55,735 nt of DNA. Source: Chara braunii. Lineage: Eukaryota; Plantae; Charophyceae. Positions within the stretch are counted from its first letter, which is position 1. Each line of letters opens with the position of its first letter. The stretch is from the NCBI GenBank assembly GCA_003427395.1, contig BFEA01000023.1, positions 3,009,636 to 3,065,370 on the forward strand, given 5' to 3'. This document shows positions 24,201-37,300 of the stretch, piece by piece. The translations under genes and the position numbers were made by a program. The notes under the pieces were generated by a model that had not been told where the DNA came from, did not search any database, and saw only the letters and a list, made by a program, of their open reading frames with translations.

Positions 24201-27200
24201 TCCTCTCCCACTGTTATGTGCTTGATTGAATTTTCATCTGACGCTGCAGCCAAATGTTCCCATACACATCGCTGGAGAGAGCAGATTCACACCAAACCAA
24301 GGGAGAGAGGGCACACCGCGGAAGCACACTCCAAAATAGAATTGAGAAATTGTTTTCAATTCTTAAATTTCCCCCTGCTCTCGCCACCTCAGTCAAGTTA
24401 CCCCCAAGAATCTCAACCACGATTAAAACTACAGCACCCCCACTCAACCCCCAACAGTTCTAACGAAAGACCCCCGAATCTTCTTCTTCATCCCCCTCAA
24501 TACCACTCGGCTATGGCACAGTCCCAACTGCTGCGCTCATCCCATATGATCCACTAAATGCCACACGCTGGTCCAGTGCCCAATTCAATCCCCACCAATC
24601 AGATGGCGCCTTCTGGAATAGCAGTGCCAGTCCTTGTGATGAAGAAGATGGTATACAACGTGGAAGAGGAACTTTTCAGCAGCTATGGAGAGGGAGCTGA
24701 CAACCCCAACCACCAAGTAGCACCACGACGATGAGGATACACAGCGCCATGTGAACCTCCACCTCCGCTGCCTCAAAGAGCTGGGCAAGCCCCAGCTATG
24801 GCCGCCCACACACCAAGGAGAAGATTCCACAGCTGCACGCTGGATATAGCGAAATCCGTTCCCCCAACATCGCAAACCAAGCAAAATGAGAAAAGGACCC
24901 GAAGCAATTTGCCCAGCTCCTATTCTAAACTCAGCCTCAACCTATCGTAACCTAACCTAAGCTATGACTTAGCTCAAGGCACACGGGCCTACTGACCAGT
25001 ACCTACGACCTGTCTGCATCTAGACTAAAAAGCGCCAAAACTGGACAGACACACAAAAAAAAAAGCTAAAAAGTGCCAAAAATTGTAGAAATGTCCCTCT
25101 CGAACACCAGGCCGAAAACAGGCACAGGAAAGGGCCCAGAACTCACCAAAAATTATAAACCTAATCCGATCTATCGTAGAGCGCTCGGAAGGACTGCAAT
25201 TCATTGCATCATTATGGCCGCCATAGCACAATCTGCCCCCGGAGTCTTCCTCTCAGGTATTGCCCCACATGAGGTCGTCCAGGTGCAGCGCCAACCAAGA
25301 GGATGAAGATGCAGACCACCATAGCCAAGGTAAGATCCTTTACTCTCCTCCTCCTCCCTCCTCCTCCTCCTCCTCCTCCTCTCTCCTTCCTCCTGGGCCT
25401 CCACCATATCTTGGTTCTCCTACCTCCACCTTGGTCACCTCCAGCATAGCCAAGGCAGGGCCAAGCTCCGCCTCCTTCCGTCACCCAGCGCACCACTGGA
25501 CCGGTGAGAACCCAGCAGCCTCATGGCTTGCTGCCTGAAGAATGAGGCGGAGTGCTTCGCCGCAGAAGGAGCACTCCCCCGCGGGCACTTTCCAGTGTAC
25601 CCAGCCTCTCGGCCTACCGGTTCCCTCCCCGCTTTTTGTCGAGAACATCGTTGCAGTCTGAGATCCTCTTTCACAGGTTGTAGACCCTTGCCTACCGGAC
25701 CGGTATCCAAATCTCAGCCTACCAGACTTCTAAATTACTACCCGGCCTACAAAGCAACTACGTTTTATCTGCTACCCTACCCGCTGCTTCATGATTTTGG
25801 CCTCCGGGGCCTCCTCTAACCCACTCTACCTGCTTCACCCCCCCCACACACGGTTATAGGTTAGTACCAGGCCAGCGGGCCATGCAGGCCACACACACGC
25901 CAGCACTCAAGACTACAGCAAGCACCATACAATGACAGGGCACCACAGTTAAATTCTGTCTGGGCTTTGCCCTAATATGTCCTTCCCCCTTTCTGCAATC
26001 TTCATGCAGTCGATATAATTGAAGCGGCATGTGATGGATTGATCACAAAGCGAGTAATGCCTGTAAGGGTGTGTATTCGCAGCGAGTTTTTTTGGCTGAA
26101 ACACATCTTAAGTGTAGTTTGCGTTTGTATGTGCATTTGCTTGCAAGTCTCCTTAATAATAAGGTAACCCCTAACGTTATTGGAACCGGCAGGATTTGAA
26201 CTCTAGATCTGTTGAGCAGTAATTACAGGTGTGCGTCATTGAGAAGCACCAAATTGCGACTGTCCATTGTAATTCATATAAGTGTGTGCTGTCCTTTTTA
26301 ATGGGCTTTTCATGATATTTAGTTTTTGCTTCCAAGCACTGAGGAAACTGTAGATTATTGCTTGGGGAATGTTGGGTGGATTAACACAGGGTACTGATCT
26401 TCCGCAAGCGCGTCAATGACGACAAGATCCAGCATGGCCATGGGGAGGGGGGGCTGGGAACAAGGACCCGAGTCCACATTGAAGTGAGAAGGGATAGGAT
26501 AATGGAGGATGGCTTTGCGCAAGTGAACAAGCTCGGTTCGAAAATGAAGGGTCGAATTAGCGTTTCCTTTGTGAATGAGCAAGGCTTGGCTGAAGCCGGA
26601 ATTGATTACGGTGGCGTGTTTAAGGAATTCCTCACGGACCTTGCAAAGACTGCGTTTGATCCAAGGTTAGTTTCTGGGAAAACCAACTCTTACCTTCTCT
26701 TTCATCTCCTTTCTCACGTTCTCTCTCCCTTCAACCTTTTTGCTGATCATCTCCTGTGATTCATCTTCTGTCTCCTCTCACCTTCTCCTATCTTTTTCTC
26801 ATCTTTTCTTCTCTTCTTCTTCTTCTTAAAATTGGCCTGCTGTAAATGCCACACGACACTATTCTCTGTTCTCCCCCCCCATGTTGCAGAATGATCCTCA
26901 ATGCGGTTCCCTTCCCCTTACCCTCGTTTACTGCAGAGTGGTCATGAAAGCTCCCCTCCCCTTCGCCCTCTTTTTTCTGCAGAATGGTCATCAATGCGTT
27001 CTTCGTTCTCCCCGATCTCTCCTCCTCCTCCCCAATTCTCTCCTCCTCCTCCTAGATGCCCTTCCCCTCCTCGCCCTCTTTTGCTCCGGGGTGACTGTCA
27101 GTGTTCTCCTCTCCCTTCCTGTCTTTTGCTACCGAATGGTCGTGAATTTTTTGATTTTTTTCTCAATTCCCTCCTCCCCTTTCTCCTCTTGTCCTGCAGA

Positions 27201-30200
27201 ATGATCATCAATGCTCTCGTCCCCTTTCTTCTCTTTTGCTGCAGAATGGACGTTAAAGTCCTGCCCCCCTTGTTCTGCTACTGAATTAGTTGCCAGCTGT
27301 CAGATCTGTGTGCTGGGGTCCTACTGATCCCCGGTGCACCTGAGTCGTGGTGGTGTTGAACGGCTCGCGTGGAACTGCTTGTGTAAATGCCCAACCATGT
27401 TGATCGGTTTCTTTAGTGGGGGTGTTCAGGGGTGGGGGAGCAGGGTGGGTGGCTCTATCCTGGTTCATCGGTTTCTTAGTGGTGGTGTCAGGGTTTGGGA
27501 AGCAAAGTGCGAAAATGCCGCTTTGATTCTGTTGAACTCTGGTTCACTAGTTTGCTTAGTGGGGGTGTTGAGGGTTGGGGAGTATGGTGGGTAGCGGCAG
27601 GGCTGGCGGGTGGCTGGATCCGTCATGGTGATGATGATGATGATGATGAAGGTGGTGGTGGTGGTGGTCGTGGTGGTGGTTGCGGTGGCCGTGGTGGTCG
27701 TCATGGTAGTGTTTGTCTAGGGCAGGGAGGAACAACGCCGTTGCAACGGAGGTTGAGCACATATAGCCAGAGTTAAACTTAGCAGCAGCCACCACCGCCA
27801 CGACAGCAGGTAGAGCAGCAGCAGCAGGAGCAGGAGGAGAAGATAGGAGGAGGAGGTGTGGTCGTTATGATCATGTTTTTCTAGGACGGGGAGGAACAAC
27901 GGAGGTTGAACACATATAGCCAGGGTTGAACTTGGCAGCAGCCACCACTGCCACCGCAGCAGTTGGAGCAGCAGCAGCAGGAGGAGGAGGAGGAGATGAT
28001 AGGAGTTGTGGTCGTTAGGATAGTGTTTGTCTAGGACGGGGAGGAACAACAGAGGTTGAGCACATCTACCCAGGGTTGAACGTAGGACAGGAGCAACCGC
28101 AGAAGCAACAGCAGCGGCAGGAGGCGAAGATAGGAGGAGGAGCTGGATAATTCTCACTGATTATCCCGGTCAAAAACTAGACGTGATTGTATGACCCCCC
28201 TTGTGCTGCAACAACAAAATGAAGAAAGACACAAATAAAGGATGCTAAATGTTTGGCTGACCCACGTACTAAAAACCGAATTGAGTCTGACTAATCAGCC
28301 TGTTACGAGTTCAAAATTTGTCGACTGATCTGTAGTCTCCCTTAACTTGTCTTTTTAGATGGGAAATTGAAGTGGCAACATCTGGGCATGGGGAAGCTCA
28401 AGCTTGTGGCACTACAAACTTGACACCTACCGGGTAGCCTGCCTGGACCTGAAATTGGGTATGTTCCCAAGGGTCCATACGATGGATATGCTGGCATGAC
28501 TGACAAAGATCTTGTGATTCCGGTCACCATAGGCCATAGTTGCATCTCCTGGTCTTCAATCTATATATCCTCATCGTGGTCCTCTTACCCTCGTTGTCAT
28601 CACATCATCACTTTTAGGTGGAGGGCTGTTCAGGAAAGCATTGCCCATTTGCCCTCTCCGGCAAGACTCTGATGGGCAGTTTTCCTCTGATGACAATGAT
28701 GATGATGATGGTGATGATAGGATGTTGGGGGAATAGGGGCACAAGATTCCAGCAGGTAGGGTTGCAGTAGAAAAAAGTGCCTATCAGAGGGGGAAGGAAA
28801 AAGTGTGGCTTCTCTTGTGGGCGTTGGGTGTCTGCCCGCGTGTGCTTGCCCGCCTACTAGGTTCACCTGTTGGCAATTTGACGTTGCCTGTGCAGCTGTC
28901 ATAAGATTTTTGGGCAGAAAGGTGAGTAGGAGGGGGAAGAAGAGGGGCAGGGCAAGAATGGACTTGATCTAACATAAAGCTGTTAGGACAGAAGAGTGTG
29001 ATTGAAGGACAAGTTGGTGTCTGGCCTGCGTTGGATTTGAGGGGTTCGTCTGCTAGCAGCGGTACAGAGCCTAGTAATATGCAGGGCTGAGTGCATGGGG
29101 TCTTCTCCGTGGCGGGCCGGGGCCTGCTGCTCAAGGAAGGCCTTGATCGTTTACTGGCACTGAAAGCACTGACATTCAGAGAAGTGTGTAGTCCGAAGGG
29201 CACATGAAAATGATAGATTGGAGAGGAGGCACGTTGTGGCAAATGGCAGAGGGGTCAGGCGTTCAGTGGGACGAGGGCCAGAGGGTATTTTCCAAACAGT
29301 TGACCATTCGAACTGTCGGGAGCAACGGACGTGCAAAAGAAGTTTAAAGGACTCTTTCCTGCAGATTCCGAAGCAATTCATAAAATGTGTCGGATGCATG
29401 GCTCCAGATGTCCCTTGTTCAAGCCTTGGCTTGTTGCAGGGCTGCTGTTCGGTCAGATGGCAAGTAGACGACCCCTTCCTTTCGCGTACGGTAAGAGAGG
29501 CCATATGAGAATGGAAACGATTGTTGGTCTTAAGGTATTGCTTAGGGGCAGGTCCCACTGAACTATGTTTATGTGGATGGTTTGGAAATTGAAAGTGAAT
29601 GCTATTATATCACGATCTGCCACGGCCAGTTATGCACATGCTCCTTAGCTCGTAGTGGCTGCTATTGCGCTTCCTTTGCGAACTACGACTGATAAAGTGA
29701 GGCTCTAGCTGTGGTCTGCATTTTTGGATGCCATAGCCGGCTGTGTCATCTGCGTTTGTTCGATGTATTACTTTCACAAACTTGTTCAGAATGCGTCAGC
29801 CGCGTAGAGTTACATGGGTAGCAGTATTCAGATACCTAAGGTTGGCTCTGATTGGGTGTTTTAGGGCAGTTATGTTGACCTCTGGTTGCAGCTTTTACGC
29901 GTGCGATCTTAGGGCTGGTTGGGCAAAGCCAGCTGTCATCGACACCGCAAACGGGCTATGAATATTCCTGTCTCTCTTGATTGCCAAGCAGGTGCAGTTT
30001 AAATGAAACATGTATGGTACAGCTCTGTTGATCAATCAGCTTATCACTGGCTCTTGCTGAGTTGAAGTTTTGTGTCTGTCGGTACTAGGACTCTCTTCCT
30101 CCAGGTCAGTATCTGTACAAGATGTTCAACAACAGAACCGAACCAAGTCGCGATAGAAGTCGACATGCGGTTTTGTTGATGAGTGACTGTGAACCTGCAA

Positions 30201-31143
30201 AATGCAGGTCCGTTGAGTGGCAGATAGTCCACCCCGGTCTGCCCACAGCGGACTGGATTATTGACAGGACAAAGTTGGAGACAACAAAAGGTTTGGGTCT
30301 TCCTTCTGGCGGAAACATTGTCTGCGATGCCCTCTCTCTTACTGCAAATGTGCGGTCAGAAAGATCTGTTGGGGTGTCAGTTGCAGTAGAATGGGCAAGA
30401 CGGGGGCCAGACACTGCTGTCATCATTTGTGTTGTGTAAGAAGGGATGGGATTGTGGTGATACGGTGGATGCATCCAGATTCCAGTGCCATCCTTCCGCA
30501 GTGTTGCTGAATGTCCAAATTTATCATGACTGCTGATTGTCCAGATTTTTCATAAAGGACCGCTGAATGTCCCAATTTCTCACAAAGGAGGTGACTGATA
30601 CAGACAACGTGAATTTTATTGAAGGGGTCGGGAATGTACGTCTCGTTTGGGCTTTCCCTTACTGTGTGAAACTTCTGTGTCTGTCAGTATAGGGGCTCCA
30701 TTCATCTAGGTCACTTTCTGGACAAAATACAGTTTAACAGCTGAACTGCTGTCTCTAGTCACCACGGAGGTCCACATGAGTTCTGTTGATATATGCTTTG
30801 TCGGCCCTTCTTTTGGCGTTTTCTCTATTCCTTACAAGCACTGTATATATTGAATGGCCATGGAGTAAGGAGCTCATAGATGTAACTCTGCTGCCTCGGT
30901 CGTTTTGCATCGGGAATGTGTGCTGAGTGCCAGTCGGAGCTGTGGAGCACTGTCTCAACCTTTTCCTGTACAGCATTAATTATTTAGTAATTGCGCAAAG
31001 GTCAGGTTTTATGCAGCTAGTCCTTGTTTCTGCATTCGTTTCATTGGGGGGAGGGAGAGGGGAAAGAGGTGGAAGCGGGCTGAATGCATAAGGTGTGTAT
31101 ATCGAACAGTGCGGCACACAGGGGGGTGACGGCCCTCTGTCTC

Positions 31144-31229
<86 letters not shown>

Positions 31230-31230
31230 N

Positions 31231-31320
<90 letters not shown>

Positions 31321-34300
31321 GCAGGACTCCACTCTCCACTGTTCTATTTGAAGATCTCTGTTGCGGCTGGGTTCATGCACAAATGTGTCAATCAAATTCA
31401 GAAAAGAAAAGAGAACCACCTGTGGGCCTGTGGCCGGAGATCCTGAGGATGCAACCACAGAGATCGGATGACAGGTGATGGCGGTCTGCATCAATTGGAT
31501 CCCAAAAGAGAAAGACATTGCACGTCCACGCAGCAGAATGCGTGTGGATGGAGGGCGTTTGCATCGAGGTGCCCCCAAACTTGTTCCTCCTTGTCCTCTT
31601 CCTATTCCGCATCTCCCCCTACTGTATTCCCCTTGAGACTGTGCCCCCTCATCATGACGATATTGGACTGAATGGATAGCTTGTACATGATGTGGGTGTG
31701 TTGTGTTTGCGGGAAGGCGGTAGTCCTCCCCCACTCCTCCTTGTCCTCTTCCTTCTCCTCCTCGTCATTAGTGTTTTGGTTTCATCAACTACTTGTTTTG
31801 TTTGTGTTTGCGTGTGTGCGCGGGTATGTGTGTCATGGAAAACTGCGGCACCCTGTTTGGCGCTGCACGGTTCAGTTTACCCTTATCATTTTTTCTTTTC
31901 CGGTCTCTGTGGTGGGAAGCATGGCCGTTCAGTGTTTTTTTGGGTTTCACTTTGTGGGGGTGCGAGGAGCTGTTCAGTGGCTTCTTCATTTCATTTTTCG
32001 TTTTTTCTTTGTCTCTGGCGAACGTGACGCAACGTGGGCAAGACAAACAAATGGCCCAGCGTCGGAATGCAAGTGCAGAGGGAGAGATAAAACTCGAAAC
32101 GAAATGTGGGGATGTCTACAAAAGAAGTTGTCGCCACTTAGAACTGGTTTCCCTGGGTTGGGCACTCCACACGAGGTGTGGCTCAGGTTTGCTTTTAGGG
32201 AGTAAGGTAGAAGTAGGGAACAAATAAGACAATGTGTCGATGTCAGAAAATATCCCAAGCATCTCAGATCCTGCGCGGTTGCAGCATATGCTGTCGTCAG
32301 GTGCTTGCCCAGAAGGTTTACAATGGAGGCGTGTTTTGGCCTCTATTCAGGGTCTTGCAGGCTGGTGGAGCTTCCATAAGTGCTCCTAGTTCATGCTTGG
32401 TTTCCCTTTTGTCCTTCTAAACAGAATCTTTTTTCTGGAAACATAACGAAACTATCTATGTTGTTGCTGGTGGAGCTGAAGCTGTTTCGGTTTTGTGTTT
32501 TCTTGGGGATCTACACCACAACTGATTCTCATTATCACACCCAAAGACACTTAATGGCAGGTGATGTCCATTGCCTGTATAGATTTGTGGGGTGCAGTCC
32601 GGTGTCCGTCTCTTCTTTGTTGCATAGTTGTGAAAGCGGCCCAACTGATGATGAAATGATGACGAAAAATACCTGAAACGGAATTGCATGCTCCTAAATT
32701 CTCATCTTAACCCATCATCCTATTCATGCAAATTGGGTTGGCTCTCCTTGCGCTGGGTGGTGAGAATCTTCTGCAGGTCATGTGCTAACAAGAATGAAAA
32801 CCGGGCGCAGATACGGGCTGTTTGTGCAGACGGCGACTGAGGAGGGGCTACTCTACCCCCATCGAGCTGCGGCATCTCTCGAAATGGGCTTGCCAATGAT
32901 GGAGTTCTTGGGACGGATTGTCGGGAAGGCGCTGTACGAGGGCATCCTGCTTGACTACAACTTCTCGCCGCTGTTTGTCGCCAAGCTGATCGGCCGTTAC
33001 AGTTTTATTGACGAGCTTGGATCACTGGATGCCGAGTTGTATCGTAACCTTATGTACCTGAAGGTGGGTGCAACTGTTTCCAACTCTCTTCTCTGAACTT
33101 CTGGCTCCCTCACAAGCCGTATGAGGACAGCTTCGCCCTCGTTCATTCCTACGCTCTGAGGTGGATGGGCCTTTAGCGTCTGGTTTGCTTCATGCTATTC
33201 CATTGTAGGTGTCCATAACTTCATGGGTAACTTCATGGGTAACTTGATGGGTATCAGTGCAACAACATGGTGTTTAATACTGTTTACAACTTTACAATGA
33301 ATCTGGCCGTGTTTCCACAAGTCCTGTCTTACTACTACTGCCCCATCCTTAAACCCCCTTTCCAACCCCCTTCTTGACTGTCGTCCACCCATTCCCCACC
33401 CTTTCCTCCCTCTTTGCTGGATTCGTCAAAGATGCTTGATGTTCTGTCTTTTCTTTGTCTGTTTCTTCTGGAACCGTGCTGGAAACTAGGTAGTGAGCTA
33501 TGTGAGGTATCATTTTTCTCTCGTCTCATGCTGCCTGTGCCGATGACCGTTGTATTTCATGTTCTGTGTGGTGACCTTGATCTTCGCTCTCGGTGATTTA
33601 TTTTGCATTTAACGCCTCCGCTTTGGACCTTTGAGCCCACTTGTGACCGAAGTGGAAACGCCATGGCAGTTGATTTCAGCCTCGAGGGGGGTTTCAGTTC
33701 AGGTTCACTCGATATCTGCTTACCGAAGTGGAAATGCCATGGCAGTTGATTCAGCCTCGAGGGGGGTTTCAGTTCAGGTTCACCCGATATCTGCTTACCG
33801 AAGTTGTATGCTTGATTCCACGGGCTACCCCCGTGAATCTTATCATGATTCTTTTTTTGTATGTGAACACTGAACACCAGCCTGTTTGAAGTTCAGTAAA
33901 GTAGCTGGTCACTCTAGGCTGTTCCTCAAGACTGCTCTTGTATGCCGTGCAATACAGATGGCCACCTGAACTCCACAAAGACAGGCCATGTGAACGTCAA
34001 AAGTGCTTGGTTTAGGGGATCACGACGAGTGTTCAGCATGAATGACGTCGATCTTGTGAACTATATCTGACATCCACAACGGGAGTTCAGGTAGCATGCT
34101 GTTCACGGTGTCTGGACTCCGGATGCAGCGGATGAATTCATTATCTAACGACGCCACACAGAGGTTGATCTGCTTGGCACCCGAGCACCGAAGTTTGGCA
34201 CATGGGCACTTCATCACCTTGGCATTTCTCCAGTGTCAGTGGAGACGTAAGAAGTGGGTGATAACATGAGATAACAAATTGGTGAAGGGAATGCAGGGGA

Positions 34301-37300
34301 TCGGCACTTGTGTAGAGGCTAAAATGGCTGGCAATCAGGTTGTGGGTACACGTCCTGTTGAAAGCAACAATCCTATAAAGGCCAACCCTTTTCCACTCTT
34401 ACCAGTTTCAGCCTTCTTATAGTAGTTGTAACAAGTGGATGGTACTTGCGCATGCATGTCCTGGTGAAGTAACTGATGTTGTGCTGATTTCTACCTTTTG
34501 TGATTGCAGCATTATGAAGGGGATGCAAGGGATCTGGCTCTTGATTTCACTGTTAATGAAGAACTCTTTGGCAATCGAATGGTGATTGAGCTCCGACCGG
34601 GTGGCGCAGACATTCCTGTCACCAACGAGAACAAGCTTCAGTATGTTCATGCCATGGCAGATTATCGGCTTAACAAACAGGTGATCCTTCGCTATTCATA
34701 TGTTCTCCCCCCCCCCTCAACCCCCAACGTCAGGTTCCCTTGCACACTTCGGAACCTGAAAGCGAAGTTCCGTTTTCTTTTCCCCACACTAGTCCCATCA
34801 GTTTCCCATCACTTTGTAGTGTGCTTGTTTCACCCTCAAGTTTGATCTGCCCGTACAGCTTGTCGTGCTCCTATTGGCATTCAGAGCAGCCGGAATGGTG
34901 CGGACACAAATGGATATCGTGAACTTGAATAAAGTGGTCAAAGAGAGACAGGTTCATTTTAAAAGTGTCCAAGTTACTCAGAGATCCAGAGTGAGGAGGA
35001 AGGGAAAGGAAGGGAGATCCAAGAACTGACATATAGGAACAGAGCGAAAAGGACTACTCTTCAGGGCCTAAACAAAAAAAAAAGGGTATATGCAAAAATA
35101 AACCAGTTTGGAACTTCGGACTGAATGAACACAAATATGGCGAAGTGGCAATAATCGCGTAGTTCTTTTTCGTTGATTTCAGTAAATGGAGGCTACGTTG
35201 TACCAATTGCAGGTCCTATGTGTTGCTGACGAGTTTCGTGTATTGCCTGACGAGTTTCAGGACTATACACTACTCTAGACTCTCGGAAATTTTCGAGAGC
35301 TGTCAGTCGTGAGAGACCCTCGAAAACCACGCCGTCACTCCACTTACTTGGAAAAAGCTCTAGTTTTTAGATAGTGTGAAGACGACACTAGGGGACAAGT
35401 CTAGGCTGGTCTGCCCACCTGCAGGCGGGTGACTCGCAACATTTTGAGAGTGCCCTTCTAGTGTGTGGTCTGACAACTCTAAAATGGATGTCTGCCTCGC
35501 GAGTGCCAATCGAGAGTAAGCGCAGCGATGCACTGCACTAGACGTTTCGAGAGTCTAGTGTAGTGCAGTGAGGCCCCATATATGTATTGCTGAATTGATG
35601 ACGAGTTTCAGGACACATATTGCTTACAAGTATTTGTAATATTCAGAGTTAGGGTGAGTTTGTCATCTTTTTCGGGTCCTTTTTTGTACCCTACTACCCT
35701 AGGCAATTATATTCAGAGGTTAGGCCATGTTCTTTGGCGTTTTCTGGTTCCTGTGTTTTATGAAACTAAGCTATAATCTTCTCTCAATCAATATACCTTC
35801 AGGAGGTAGGGGTCTGCTTTCTGGTTTCTACTTTGTTATCGTTGGCACTTGAAATATGGCTAATAATAGCCTAATACTTTACATTATCCATTCAGCTATA
35901 GGTACATTTGCTTGCAGTCTCAGGAGGTTGTTTTAGGTTATGTTCACACTGAAGACTTTTTCGACCGCATCTGGTCTCAATTACAAGCAGATTCGTTCAG
36001 GAAAATCCTAGTGTGAGAATGCCTTTAGGCTTTAGGGACTGAAACTTCAAAATAGTTGCAACAGGTAATGGTACCGATGTAACTTAACAGCAGGTCACTA
36101 TGGGAAAGCGAAGGAAATGATATATGGACCTAGCTTTCCAGCCCGGGCGCCCCCCCCCCCCCCCCCCGGGCAGGCACCCGGGCACCCCCAGCGCCACCCC
36201 CCCAAAACGTCAAAAAAAAAATTTGGCACCGCAGGCCTACGGCCCAAAGGGGGGAAAAAAATTAGACGGCGGCCGCAAAAATCCCCCCCCCCCCCCCCCC
36301 CGGGCAGGCACCCGGGCACCCTCAGCGCCACCCCCCAAAAACGTCAAAAAAAAAATTTGGCACCGCAGGCCTACGGCCCAAAGGGGGGAAAAAAATTAGA
36401 CGGCGGCCGCAAAAATTTTCCGCCCTGTTTCATGGCTTTTTTTTTTTTTGTGCCTTGGCTGTCGATCTGCGACGATCCTCTTATTCTTAGTCTCTTCAGT
36501 TCTTTTTCTTCTTTTCGTTTCNTCTTCTACTTTGTCTTGCTCTTCTTCTTGTTGCTCCTNCATCAGTCTTTCCTCCCTCCACNTAGTCGNCCTCTCCTTC
36601 CTCCACCATCTCCTCCCTCCACATCAGTCTCCCTCTCGCCCCCATCCTCCTCCATCAGTAAACCTCCCTCCACATAGTCTCCCTCTCTCCTTCCTCCGCC
36701 ATAGCTCCCTCTCTCGTCCTCCACGTCAGGCTCCTTTCCTCTGCCATAGTCTCCCTCCTGCCTTCTCCTCCTCCATCAGTCTCCCTCCCTCCTCCTCCTC
36801 CGGCAGAGCCTCCCTCACTCCCCCCCCTCCTCCCGCCACATGGTCTCCCTCCTCCATCCAGATAAATAAATGTGCCCATCCCTCCTCCGTCACAACCTCC
36901 CTCCTCCTCTTCCCTCTCCATTGGCTCCCTCGGCCATAGACTCCCTCCCTCTCCACCGCCATAGCCTCCATCCTCCCTCGTCCCTCTACNGNCANAACCT
37001 CCATCCTCCCTTCTCCCTCTCCCTCCATAACCTCCTCTTCCCTCCTCCTCCGCCATAACCTCCTCTTCCCTCCTCCCTCTGCCATAACCCCCTTCCCCCC
37101 CCCCCAAACACACGGAAACCAACATGCCTGAAAAAAAGAAACGACGTCGGATTTGGGCTGTACTTGGAAAGCGCAGCAAGGCCCTGCAGGCCAAAAATAA
37201 ATAAATAAAAAATTCAGTGTTTTTTTTTCATGCCCGGGTAGCCCGGGCGAGGTCCCTACCCGGGCGTGGCGCCCGGGACGCCCGGCCGGGCGCCCCGGGA

